DNA of 56,084 nucleotides, counting the filler, from Porpidia crustulata (taxonomy: Eukaryota), in the NCBI GenBank assembly GCA_964255105.1. It is 5 parts of 5 records of this genome, joined end to end, with 100 filler letters (N's around TTAATTAATTAA, not from the genome) between each part and the next. Parts side by side here need not be neighbours in the genome. Positions count along the whole stretch, not along the records: positions 33,777 to 44,886 come from CAXUWE010000693.1; positions 44,987 to 56,084 come from CAXUWE010000694.1; 3 more parts are not named here. One strand, 5' to 3'. The position numbers and the translations under genes were made by a program. A model generated the notes under the pieces. The model saw nothing but the letters and a program-made list of their open reading frames with translations, made no database searches and was not told the origin of the DNA. This document shows, piece after piece, positions 36,899 to 47,948 of this stretch; within the stretch, counting starts at the first letter, position 1; every line of letters starts with the position of its first letter.

Positions 36899-37816
36899 TT
36901 AGACATTACTCTTTTTCTCTTTCAACCATTGTTCGAGAGAAACAGGCGTCTTGAACTGCTCCAATTTATCCACCTTCTTCATTTCCCACAATCCCTTGCT
37001 TGCAATCAATGCTGCAGCCACTGACATCCATCCAAAATACGCCAGCGGTGCGGGTAACTTCCGCATCTCGGCCAGTTTTGCCTTAAGTTCCTCCACACTA
37101 CCCTCACGAACAACCTCAACTTCGGTCCCGTAGACCTTTTGGTACATAGCTGCGAGTTCTTTGATGGTTGTGTTTCCGGTCTGGATTTTGAAGATACCGC
37201 CATTCCCAGCTTTAACACCTTCCCCATAAAGTAAGATATCAATCGTCCACTCAGCTGCATCACTCTGGGTGATCCATGGATGCTTGTCCGTTATTCCGTT
37301 GTCTCCCCAGTACTTCATCTGTGGCTTCTCACCAGCTTCAAAAGCTCCTGGGCCGTATGGTGACCACAAAAGATCCGCAAAAATCCCATTGATGATGTAG
37401 ACAGGCTTGATAGGGCTAGTATTTGCAATCTGATGCTCAAACGCTTTGTGGTTATTATAGTGCTCGAAGTCCCCAAACTGGATGTTAGTCCAGTCTCGAC
37501 TCCAGGAAGAAGCGATAAAGACTCTGATTTCCGCTCGCTCAGCAGCACGGAGGAGCAGAAGGTGACCATCAAGGTCTAATACAGGAGTTGGCGAATATGC
37601 ATTAATAATTGCATCAACTCCGGCAACTGCTTTCTCGAGAGCAGGAATGTCGTAGTAAGTCTCGCTTTTGATGAAAGACTCGAGCTGTTCAGATATCCTG
37701 GGCCTTAAATTGCTAGGGTTACGGCCCAGACCTCGAACTGATAGTCCTCTTGAGAGAGCAATCTTAGCCAAGCTTTGGCCAAGGCTTCCAGTGATTCCAG
37801 CAATAAGAACGAGCAT
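36899..37816 (-). CDS. NmrA/isoflavone-reductase-like NAD(P)-binding protein
   Basis: Intronless 305-aa ORF; N-terminal Rossmann motif VLIAGITGSLGQ; LLRAAERAEIRVFIASSW. Confidence 0.85.
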   Translation of the reverse strand: MLVLIAGITGSLGQSLAKIALSRGLSVRGLGRNPSNLRPRISEQLESFIKSETYYDIPALEKAVAGVDAIINAYSPTPVLDLDGHLLLLRAAERAEIRVFIASSWSRDWTNIQFGDFEHYNNHKAFEHQIANTSPIKPVYIINGIFADLLWSPYGPGAFEAGEKPQMKYWGDNGITDKHPWITQSDAAEWTIDILLYGEGVKAGNGGIFKIQTGNTTIKELAAMYQKVYGTEVEVVREGSVEELKAKLAEMRKLPAPLAYFGWMSVAAALIASKGLWEMKKVDKLEQFKTPVSLEQWLKEKKSNV

Positions 37817-38479
37817 GATGAAGTGGTGAGTTGAGTCCGTTAAGCCATGTTTCTTGGGCTTGTGATAATCTGGTATGAGAATAAGATTAGAACATATTGT
37901 AGACAGTCAATATCCGTTACATATATATATATTTGTTGTTTCGTTAGTTTGCCGTCTTGCGATGATCATTAAGCAAAAACGCAGTTGGCTGACGAATCCA
38001 CGTTCACTAAGGCGACTGCTAAGTTAGATCACGATGAAGCACGGAGTTCCTTGATACTCGGTATTGTTAAGGTAAGCATCAGGAGTTTATGCAAACAGTA
38101 CCACTACCAAGCTCTTTTGATTAGAAACAAGTAACAAGTGTATTTAGAATTATCAGAGATATCCGTTCGATCCCTAAAACTTAAAACTTCTCCATAGTTG
38201 TCTATATATCGTAAACTAAGTAATGCATCTCGCTTCCGACACATTTTTACTCTAATCAGACGAGTAGAAAGATATTTACAATCATCATCTGATGATTGTA
38301 CTGAATGGAAACAATAATTCAATTTCAAGTGCCACTTCAAGCGCAACCGCAATTACAACTGGAATCATGAGGGACGCTATTAAGACATTTATGAGAAGTA
38401 ATATATTTATTAGCATCAAAATAGAACCAGTGACTCTATCATCCAACTCCTTGTATGGAATAAGGGCGTTCCATATTAC

Positions 38480-39723
38480 TGTTTTTGGAATTCTCTCAAA
38501 AACTCTCATCTTTCTTTCCCCGCCCACCCTTTCTCTTTCCACGCATTTGCCGTTGCTGGAAACATATCTACAACTCCAACTAGAAAAAAATCCTGTGCAA
38601 TGACCGTAAAAACATTTTCATTGTCATCGAATTCCTCCAATTTCACAATACTCTCAAGCGTCTCTTCGACATTTGTTGCGAGCGATTCTCCTGTTGGTGC
38701 AACTGCCATCGTATAGAACGGCTCTGTGCGGCTTCTCTTTGGATGTAACTGCTCGAAAAAGGAGCATGGACATGCGGATATATGTGTAGAGGGATAATGT
38801 TGACCTGAGATGTGCTCTGAAAGTGGCAGATAAGCGGTAGGGCGGAACTCTGCTGCATGATGACAAGTATCACCGCCTAGAAACATGAATGTCGACGGCG
38901 TAGTACGAACAAGAGCAGCCATGCGCCCTGCAGTGTGATCAGGAACGTCTAGGAGATAGAATCTTCCGTCGTTAAAGAATCCAAGTGCGCGATATCGGTC
39001 AAGTATCAATTCGTCGCTTTTATTATCGAAATCAATCTCTCGAACTTGCCCGTCCCTGCATAGTTGTGAGAAAAGACTCTACTTGGAATGGGGCGTCCAC
39101 ATACTTATAATCAGTCCCTAGAATGTGAGAATCTGCCATCTGGATTTGCTGAATAGCCCGGTAGATGAAATTTTATAAACCCAGGTCCTACTATTAATGA
39201 AGTGGAAGTCGGAAAAGTAGCGGAATTTCCTATATGGTCAATGTGGCCGTGACTGTGCACGGTTATCAGCAAACCCTAGAGGTCGTAAAACTCGAGGACC
39301 GAGATACTGACCTCCAAATTATACCCCCTATATTAGTGTAAAGGTCTACTCCATGCTCTTGCAATACATCAGCCACGCCCTTGTTATCAATCACATTCAT
39401 CTCGACGCCCTATCAGAGTTAGTGAATTCCTAGTTTGAGAGTCAAAATGTGACCTTACAGATCCCTGAATTATCTTCACAACAGCAGGTGACCTATTTTT
39501 CCAATCCTTTCTGACACCCAAATCGAACAAAACCCGTTGGCCAAGGGCCACATTTTCAACAAGGAAAGAGAAAGCTAGAGCAATTACAAATTCAAGTCCA
39601 GGAATCAGGCATGAGCATGAAAGATGAAGGAGTTTTCATGCGACATGATGTGTCAATGATTGAGACTTTGCATGTATTATCTGTTGGAATTTGGAGTGGT
39701 GGTGCACCAGGGTGTGCCCCTAT
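38480..39723 (-). pseudogene. Metallo-beta-lactamase-fold hydrolase (AHL-lactonase-like fungal family) pseudogene
   Basis: Fragments CKVSIIDT, FSFLVEN..RVLFDLGVRKDW, GIIW|SHGHIDHIGN, FYLLDVPDH, GGDTCHH. ATA at the expected start, frameshifts near 39605 and 39135, probable metal-ligand substitution (AQD where the family has AHD), premature TGA at 38506-38508. Confidence 0.8.
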
Positions 39724-39809
39724 GTTGGAAAAATTTCCTCTCTACAGGGCTAGCCCTATTGGTAGAGTTTTCACCTCCTAGCTAGATTTTCCCTTCTAAC
39801 GTTAGATAA

Positions 39810-39955
39810 CGTATCCCTTCGTCTGGCAAACGAAGAGCCACCAGGATCACAGGCACTACACCCAAAGGGGCAGCAGCGATACTATCGTGTATACTTATAA
39901 AGGTGTAGTGCCCGATAATCCTGGTGGCTCTTCGTTTGCCAGACGAAGGGCTACG
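39810..39955. repeat. Long inverted repeat / MITE-like hairpin (~53-bp arms, ~39-bp spacer)
   Basis: 39815-39847 (cccttcgtctggcaaacgaagagccaccaggat) is the exact reverse complement of 39918-39950; pairing continues with ggcactacacc/ggtgtagtgcc. Confidence 0.9.
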
Positions 39956-40089
39956 CCGATACCAACAGAACGTCCTCCTATTTGGATTAACAAAATCCCC
40001 CTCGAATAGTGCCGGTCGACTCAAAAATTTCATACCTCCTATATGGACTGGTGCAAACTAAAACATTTTATCCTGTACAACACTTCGTC

Positions 40090-41076
40090 TCATATAGACT
40101 TTATAACCGATCCACTGATAGTCTCTGCAAAACCAGCTCCGAAAACAATTGCCGGTGTTTGGAAACCTCCCCGAGTCTCACCACCCAAGACTCGCATAGC
40201 GGCTTCTACTAAAGCCAAAGTTGTAAAAGTGTAGCCGTTCATGGTATGAAGTACCGCGCGCTGGACGGTACCATTTTCGGCCGTTGCAATAACGGAAACC
40301 TGGTATGGATTTCTCTCCCTCTCCTTAAGTGTCGGGCCCTCTGGCAACGAAGTCAGGTCTCCTGTCGGAAATCCCCCAGAAGCGTGAGCAAAGGTCCTGA
40401 TATTGGGGACTCCTGTAGATTTCCACAGCGTAATGAGATCCGGCAACGTCACTGGGAAAGAGCCGACGGGTCCCTTCCCATTGTCAAAGTCGAACGGGAC
40501 GAGGTCGCTGGAGTCTAGATTCACCAATTCACCCCCAGATCGCTGAAGAATTGCGCCCGTTGTGTTTTCTGATGCGCTGATTGCGGATCCACGAGACATG
40601 GGTCCGGCTACTGCTATAGCGATGTCGATTGACTTGATCTTTTGACCGGGTTGTACCACGCGACTAGCCAAAGAACCAAACATCGCTACACTGCCGCCAG
40701 CACCCGGCATAAGCATGACGCCTGCCTTCTTTGCTTTTTCATCTCGCTTTTCGGCTAGAAGGTAACTGTCTAATTCCGCCGCGACATCAAGATAGTGTAC
40801 TCCGTTTCGTATGCATGAATCTATTAGTGGCTCGGCGGTGCGCATAAAAGGGCCCGAACAATTGAGGAGGACCTTGGTGCCCTCCAATGCTGAGTCGACG
40901 AGTTGGCGGTCATCGACATTGAAGACGAGGAACGGTACGCCGAGTGCGGAGGCGAGGTCTTTAAGCTTGTTCTCGCTTCTCCCGGCTACTGTGAAATTGA
41001 GTCCAAGGTTTTTCGCGTATGCGGCAGTGAGACCACCAGTGTACCCGGTAGCACCGTATATGATGAAGTCCGCCAT
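40090..41076 (-). CDS. Saccharopine dehydrogenase-like NAD(P)-dependent oxidoreductase
   Basis: Intronless 328-aa ORF; IIYGATGYTG, AGRS, VLLNCSGPF, GVHYLD, NGYTFT, GFQTPA. Confidence 0.88.
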   Translation of the reverse strand: MADFIIYGATGYTGGLTAAYAKNLGLNFTVAGRSENKLKDLASALGVPFLVFNVDDRQLVDSALEGTKVLLNCSGPFMRTAEPLIDSCIRNGVHYLDVAAELDSYLLAEKRDEKAKKAGVMLMPGAGGSVAMFGSLASRVVQPGQKIKSIDIAIAVAGPMSRGSAISASENTTGAILQRSGGELVNLDSSDLVPFDFDNGKGPVGSFPVTLPDLITLWKSTGVPNIRTFAHASGGFPTGDLTSLPEGPTLKERERNPYQVSVIATAENGTVQRAVLHTMNGYTFTTLALVEAAMRVLGGETRGGFQTPAIVFGAGFAETISGSVIKSI

Positions 41077-42459
41077 GCTGATTTGGGAATTGTTGTAGGT
41101 CTAAAAGTAATTGTAGGGCTGTGGAGAATTGAAGTAACTTGGAAGTCGTAGTAGAGCTGACGAGAGTAGATGGATGCTAATTGAAGGTAAAGTAGGTTAT
41201 ACAGAGTTATTATATAGGATCCTACGCGCAAGCTAACAAGTACCAGGTCGACGATTCTAATATTTTCGCTGAGTAAGCTCATTGTTATAAATCAACTCTG
41301 GAACATCTGTGCTGACATGCAAAAAGCGGATCAGTCAATCATAAAGAAGGTAAGATGTGAAAGAACGAGCCAACTCTACTGAAAACAATTCACATCCACT
41401 CGGAACTTCGCTTGGAGGGCGTCCTGCTCGGCATGATGTCCGAGTTCTTGTTTGACTCATCGCTAGGTTCGAAGGTTGGTTTGATGACCGACCTATCGAA
41501 TCTGCTCTGAACCGCATCATTAACACCCTCGACGCGATTTGCAACGACTTGGATTTCGATGTAACAGCGCAGGCTTAAAGCCTCAGAGCAGATGATGAGT
41601 CGACTGAAAGTCAAATTTAGAGATCGAACGACAATGAATCGGGTAGTACTAACTATCACTATGCAGGATGTATCTTCATCGGCTTGTTCATCCCTCGTGC
41701 TTGCGTTGTTTTAAGGATCGCAAGTAAGACTTCATAGCCTTAGATCAGCGCGCAGCAAGACTCTCTATGTCATTGTTGATGTCGGACTCCCTCTATTCTC
41801 GTTTCTATGCTGCTTCGAATCTGTCCTTTAGATCTCAAAAGAAAATCGATGATTGTATGACAGTTGCAGAGCAACGAGAAGTGATGCGATCAAAGCTCAT
41901 CAAATATCTCTGATGAATGGCAGAGTCGAAGCAGCAGGGCGGGCCTAAACATCTTTAAAAATTCATCGACAGCTCGAGTCGAGCACAAGATAACCAAATC
42001 CCTTCAGAGTTGTTTGAAACGTAGACAGTTCCATCTAGGCAATTTCATCTAGGAAGCATACTACGTAACATTCTAGACAACCATTTCGAATGATTTTGAA
42101 AATTACCGTTCAGTACTGTTAGATTGATTTCACATTTCAGACGCCAAAAATAATAAGTGAGAAGGCCGCTAAAACGGCGTCGAGACCATCCCTAATCAGA
42201 CGCGTTCTCACCTGCACACAAAGCTCCCCGCGTCTTGTGGCGCTTATCTACTTTCATCAGGGGCCTTATGCTATGGTCAACATATCCGTCTTTTCCAGAG
42301 ACAAGAAGTATCTACGGTATGTGTCAGAATAAAAGTGTCATGATCTTTGACATCTGCCACGCTGATGTCATCAAGACAGGCTGCTGAACCGCGCATTGTT
42401 CTATTTCGACACCTGGGAGACAGTAGTGACGGGAATCTAGTCTGTATTGGTTGAGCGAT

Positions 42460-43548
42460 ATGCTTGGAGCGAGTCATCGCTGGTCAGAATTCGCAAGTCC
42501 AACCAACCTGACAAATGCAATTACACTCGTTGCATCGAGCCCAAACCGATCCTACGATCGAATCACCCTACCTCTCTTCCGTGCCTTGCTCCGTGAATGC
42601 ACATATTTACCAGATCCTGCTGCGCGGATCAACATACGCTCCGACATTGTCTCCAATCTTCGCCGCCGTTGCCCTCGCCAACAGCCTGGAACAGTACCCA
42701 GGGACTTGAAAAAAGCGCTCCTGGATCGGATCCCGACGCTGCTCAGAGATGGCGTGAGGAACCTTAGGCTGCTCATTCGCGCAAATAGAGGTCATCCAGA
42801 CGAGCTTTACAAGGTTCTTGCAACGACGTATGGCCGCAGAGGGAAGCGAAAACACGAGCTTCTAGAAACTTTAAGGGCGAAAGATGGTCCGGTAATGCCA
42901 GAAAATCTCAATTTGGCTTCTAGCTCTGATGAAACCAAAATGAATGTGCCGCGCATCGGAAAGGCGGTGACAGCTCTCATCACATCACAAAAGGCGCAAA
43001 GAGAATTTGGGTTCGACAAGGGACCGATAAAACACCTGAAGCCGATGATAGACAAGGAGAATATCTGGGGTCGTCCGCTCCCGTTGCGCAGGGCTGTCAA
43101 TAAGAACAAGGAGTGGTACGCAAAAACTCTTGCTGCAATTCTGCCACCTCTCTCAGAAAGGGATTGGAATAGACTTGGCGACCTTGCTAATGGACGAATC
43201 CAATGGCAAGGGCCTGTACCTCGGAGGACCCAAGCTGTCGTACAGAGCGTGGCAGGAGAAGATGACAGCCAATTTTTCCAAGGTTTTCCCGACGAGGCCG
43301 AGGACATGCTAGACGATCCAATGTCGAATGATTTGTGCTCTAAGGGTCTTGGTAATGTCAAGACGAATCCACACACGCTATCGCCTCGGTATATGAGAGG
43401 TTTGTGGGCTAAAGTCTTTGTACGCTGTCCAGTATTGAGTTGGGTGTCTGAAAAGCAAAAGTGGGTTGTTCGGTGGGGATCTGTCCGAGAGGAAAAGGAG
43501 ATTGTTCTCGCCCTGGGTCAGCATGAGAGCATTGATCTGTTTGACTAA
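42460..43548 (+). CDS. LYR-motif-containing hypothetical protein, probably mitochondrial; start uncertain
   Basis: LFRALLRECTYLPD (LYR-like), TYGRRGKRKHELL, NIWGRPLP, RYMRGLW. Confidence 0.65.
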   Translation: MLGASHRWSEFASPTNLTNAITLVASSPNRSYDRITLPLFRALLRECTYLPDPAARINIRSDIVSNLRRRCPRQQPGTVPRDLKKALLDRIPTLLRDGVRNLRLLIRANRGHPDELYKVLATTYGRRGKRKHELLETLRAKDGPVMPENLNLASSSDETKMNVPRIGKAVTALITSQKAQREFGFDKGPIKHLKPMIDKENIWGRPLPLRRAVNKNKEWYAKTLAAILPPLSERDWNRLGDLANGRIQWQGPVPRRTQAVVQSVAGEDDSQFFQGFPDEAEDMLDDPMSNDLCSKGLGNVKTNPHTLSPRYMRGLWAKVFVRCPVLSWVSEKQKWVVRWGSVREEKEIVLALGQHESIDLFD

Positions 43549-44886
43549 GCCAACATGTCAAGTAGAGCATCTCCTGTTGTCGACGAACTGGACTGATTGG
43601 CAATGGCTGATATCATTAGTGTAACGCGGGGCTATTCTAGGCTTCAGGGATAGATAAACTCACCATTAGTTGTAGCGGAAATACCGAAAACAGCTGCTAA
43701 GCTTGGGGAGAGAACTTTGTGGAGATTTCGTGGCATGGCACCCATGAAGTGGTGTCTTAAGTACGAGGCCATGACTAGCTCCAGCCTCGGACTTTCATAC
43801 GAACAGAAGAGCTGCGCTGATAGATGCGTGTACGTCACCGACCATAAAGACCCAACAAATAGCAGGTATACAATTTCATCATGCTTTGGATTTCCTGACA
43901 AGGACTAATATTCCCCTAGGGTTTAGTACCTTGCCATATAATCAGCTATGAAATCATCGGACCTTCTATATTCCCTGAGGATTCATTGGCGGATTTAATA
44001 ACTCATGGTACACTGTGTATGGAACAAAGCCTGTCCACGAGGATGAATATTATCCATCGTATTTTTTATTTGCTGCCTTCTCATGTGTTTCCTCAGATCG
44101 CAACTACCAAAACGCCAATAATTGCTGACTAGCTCTCAATGCTACTATTCGTCAACCCATATGACTTATTGCAGATATTACGGGTCTGATTCAGTACCTT
44201 GATCCTTGGGAACCATACAAGCTCTTCGACCATTCAGGCCTATTTTACGCTACTGCAATGCCTTTCCATATCCATGCATAGAATATCAGGGAATTGGGGA
44301 TCGAAGCCATCATGGGGTTGAGGTTCCTCTTTGTGTGCTAATCGTACCGATCCATATATCACGCCACCCTTGGCTCTGTGTCTGCAGCTTCATCGCTGCT
44401 GGGTAATTCTATCCCTCTACAGGCTTACGGACACCTTTCAATGGAAGAGCTTCCTCTTTTACAATAACATCGTTCTACCAGCCTTTCAAAAACAGACTTG
44501 GCTCTGGAAGTATTGTGGTACCTTGTCCTGAGCGTACGAAATTTGAATTCAACATTTCATATATCCTAAAACTCTCAAACCAAAATTTTCATTTATCAGA
44601 AACATCAAACAAACGCTTCGAATCCAACCTACAACCATGCACCTTCGCCATTCCTACATATCTACACTTACTCCTGAGGATGCCTTCCATACCTATTCAA
44701 AACGAGCCATACCGACCATTGTAGCACTTGCTGCAGACGTCTTCAACCGCAGTATCTCAAGTGCCTGCCGGGTATATGAAAGCAAATCCTTTAAGCCTTT
44801 TGTAGACATTTTCCGGTGCAGAGTTACCATAACCCTTGACCAGCCAAACATGTTCGTATACTTGTAAATTTCAGACTATATAGAAC

Positions 44887-44986
44887 NNNNNNNNNNNNNN
44901 NNNNNNNNNNNNNNNNNNNNNNNNNNNNNNTTAATTAATTAANNNNNNNNNNNNNNNNNNNNNNNNNNNNNNNNNNNNNNNNNNNN
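44887..44986. other. Artificial contig linker
   Basis: N44-TTAATTAATTAA-N44. Confidence 0.98.
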
Positions 44987-45815
44987 GCACACACCACCTC
45001 CGCTCCTTCCTCAAAGGAAAAAGAGGAAAGAGCGAACCCCCCTGGCCTTCCGCTTCGGGACTTCGACACACACATCGACTTCGGGGATCTTTCATCTTTC
45101 CGACACTTTGGATCGACGACACGAAAAGGAAAATGCGAACCACGACAGAGTTTATATAATTACAAGATTAACCTGCCTGCCTATTGGGCTAATCTCTCCC
45201 CCCATTTCCCCTCTCTTCCGGGTCCCTTCCCCTCAGCAGGCCGCCTACCACTCTCGAAGGTAAAAGCCAAGACTCGCTTGCTCGCTGGAGATAATGCTTC
45301 GCAGAAGCGCTAGTTTAGAGAAAACAGAGAAGGATGTTCGGACTGACACAGCAAAAACCGCCGATGGTATCGATCGCGTTGGTCGGATGAACATGACGTG
45401 GGAAAAGAGCTGGTATCGAATTCGCTTGGGTACTGGTTGGAAAAAGATAGCGCTGGACGGATTGGCGTTACATACGTTCGACGTGGTGGTGGACATTATT
45501 TTGATCGGACGTATTTGGACGGTAGGTAAGGAAGATGGACCCAAGCCTCGGCGGTTGGGTGAGTTGGTCGCAAATATGGTACAGCTCGCCGTCCACATTG
45601 CTGGACGGCGGGAAATGAAAATGGGAAATTCCATGCCTCTAGGTAAATGCCATAGGATGATGGCTACGCAAAAAGAGCGGACCCAAAAGCACAAGTGGTG
45701 AAATTATTGACATCGAAGTGGAATTACATGATTGAGTGCCCTCGCAGTAGGGGATGGCGATGCAGGTGTACGCCGAGCTTGTCGAGTTGGTTGGCATAGC
45801 GAGATCTTCCACCGT

Positions 45816-47948
45816 TCAAGGCGGCGTTATCTCTTCGGTGAAACGAGAGCCTCGTGAACCGTCGAAACTGGGATGACTTCGACCGACGCCATCCCTTGGA
45901 ACTGGACTGGCGCCAGGTCCAGGCAACGGGCGAGGAGGTGGAGTACCCCTTCCAGTCGCCGGAGGTGGTCGTAAAGAGGGAATGACTCCAGGCTGGTTGG
46001 TTACCGGAGTGCGGGCTGGACCAGGCCTCATAAATGCGACTTCCTCGTCTCTCCGAGCTTGACTCCCTGCACGGGCCAGAGGAGACGTGCTGCCAAGTGC
46101 GGGACCAAAGCGATCTGGTGACCGAGGTGGAGGAGATTCAGGTCTGCCATACATTGACGACGGGTTCGAACTCGGTTCAGGCTCGGGCGCTCCACCGTAA
46201 AAGCCTTGCGAGTCACGATAAAAGGAGGTTTCGGACAGAGGGGTCTGTGGACTGGCGGGACGAAGACCAGCAGCCACAGGCGCAGCACCAAAGCCAGGAG
46301 TGGGACGACTTGGACCACCACTGCCATAAGGATCGGGATTACCGAAACCATCACCACCGTGCTCAAGCACCGATTGGATTTTTCTACCGCCAAAGTTCTG
46401 GAAGCCACGCTCACTGGGTGCAGTTTCCGTGGTCGCTGCAGTGGCACTGGAACGAGGTCTTATACGCTTGAAGATACCCGCGGCGGCAAATGGGACATTG
46501 CTTGATCGCTCCGTTACTGTTCCACTTGGGGCCCCACTGGTGGGAGGAATCGACTGAGTCATGGGTTGTGAAATATTTCTTCCGCCTGCCACCTTCCTCC
46601 GCCGCCAGCGGATGAAGGCCAGAATAAGTAGGAGGATTATGGTGAGGCCAGCGACTCCTCCTACAACACCACCCACAACGGATGGGGTAGATGGAGTACT
46701 GCTACTACTATTACCGGATCCAGCTCCTGCGCCTGATGTCGATGAAGGAGTCGAACCGTTCGAAGTACCAGTAGCGCCACCTATACCGCCAGGTACGATA
46801 CCAGCACCGGATGTAGTGCTGACAGAGCTTGATGATGACGTGGGAGAGGAAGCCGAAGAAGTAGATGAGCTACTTATGGTGGAGGAAGTAGTCTGAGAAT
46901 TGGTACTGGAGATTGTCCCAGTCCCACTGCTTGACGACGTCCTCGTAGATGTGAGGAGAGTAGAGTTTGACATTGTTGCAAAAGTCAGAGAAGTTAGGCC
47001 CTTAGACCCTGTGCTCGTCTCTGAGGATGTCACAGCTAACGAACCGTCAATTTGATTAAATCGTCAAAAAAGTTCACAAAACTTACAGGTCATAGTGGAA
47101 TTAGTCGTGGACATTGGAGAGCTAGGATTCGTCGCGGTTGGATTAAGGCTTGAGATACTTGATGTATGAGTAGAAGACGATGCCGATGACGCACTCGAAG
47201 AGAGTGAGAAATAGGAGGTAGTTGATGTACTACCGATAGCACTAGTAGATGACGTTGAACTCGAAGGGCTTGAGGGTACAGGTGTAGCAGGAGGTGAGGA
47301 TAATATAAATTGGGAGCTTGAACCAGGCACGCTGATGGTCATTGGGCTCTGGCTTGGCACGGAGTTTGTTGACGCGGCAGAACTTGCTGGCGATGCTTCA
47401 ATACTTCGCGACGATGGTTGCTCTGTGGGCGTCGGTGTCGTTTGCTGCGTGGGTTGCGATGGTTGATCTGACGCGATGGAAGGAGAGGAGCTCTCATGTT
47501 GAGGGGGTGGCAGTGAGAACGACGTCGGCGATGCTGCGTTAGAAGCCAAGGTGAGAGGACCGTAACCGTCGAAAGTGAAGACACTGGATTGAGCAGGTAC
47601 AAGCACATCTCCAACGGGAGTACCCGCAGGATTATCAACAATGACTCGCACCACTGATTCAACCGCGGTACTGACTGGTTGAGCAACTTGGGAGACCGGT
47701 GCGGGGGGTATTTGACGTGGTTGGATCTCCTGGTACTTGTCGGTAGGAAGCTCTGAGGATATGAGATCTTCTTCTGCTGAAGCTTCGTGCTGGTTGTCAT
47801 ACCGAGTTGGAGCGTCAATTTCTAGGCTCTTATCTTCGGTTGATAAAGCGATAATGGCCTCTGGCTCTTGAAGAAAATCCGTAAAGCTGCGATGTGCCCC
47901 ACGCAGTCCTCTCTGGTGTAGGCGCCTTCTCTTGGAGGGTCGTTCCAT
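45816..47948 (-). CDS. Ser/Thr-rich single-pass membrane protein (Mid2/Wsc-like layout)
   Basis: Exons 47948-47087 and 47035-45816; long S/T tract, TM VVGGVVGGVAGLTIILLLILAFI followed by RWRRRK, P/G-rich tail ending SRGSRFTEEITPP. Confidence 0.75.
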
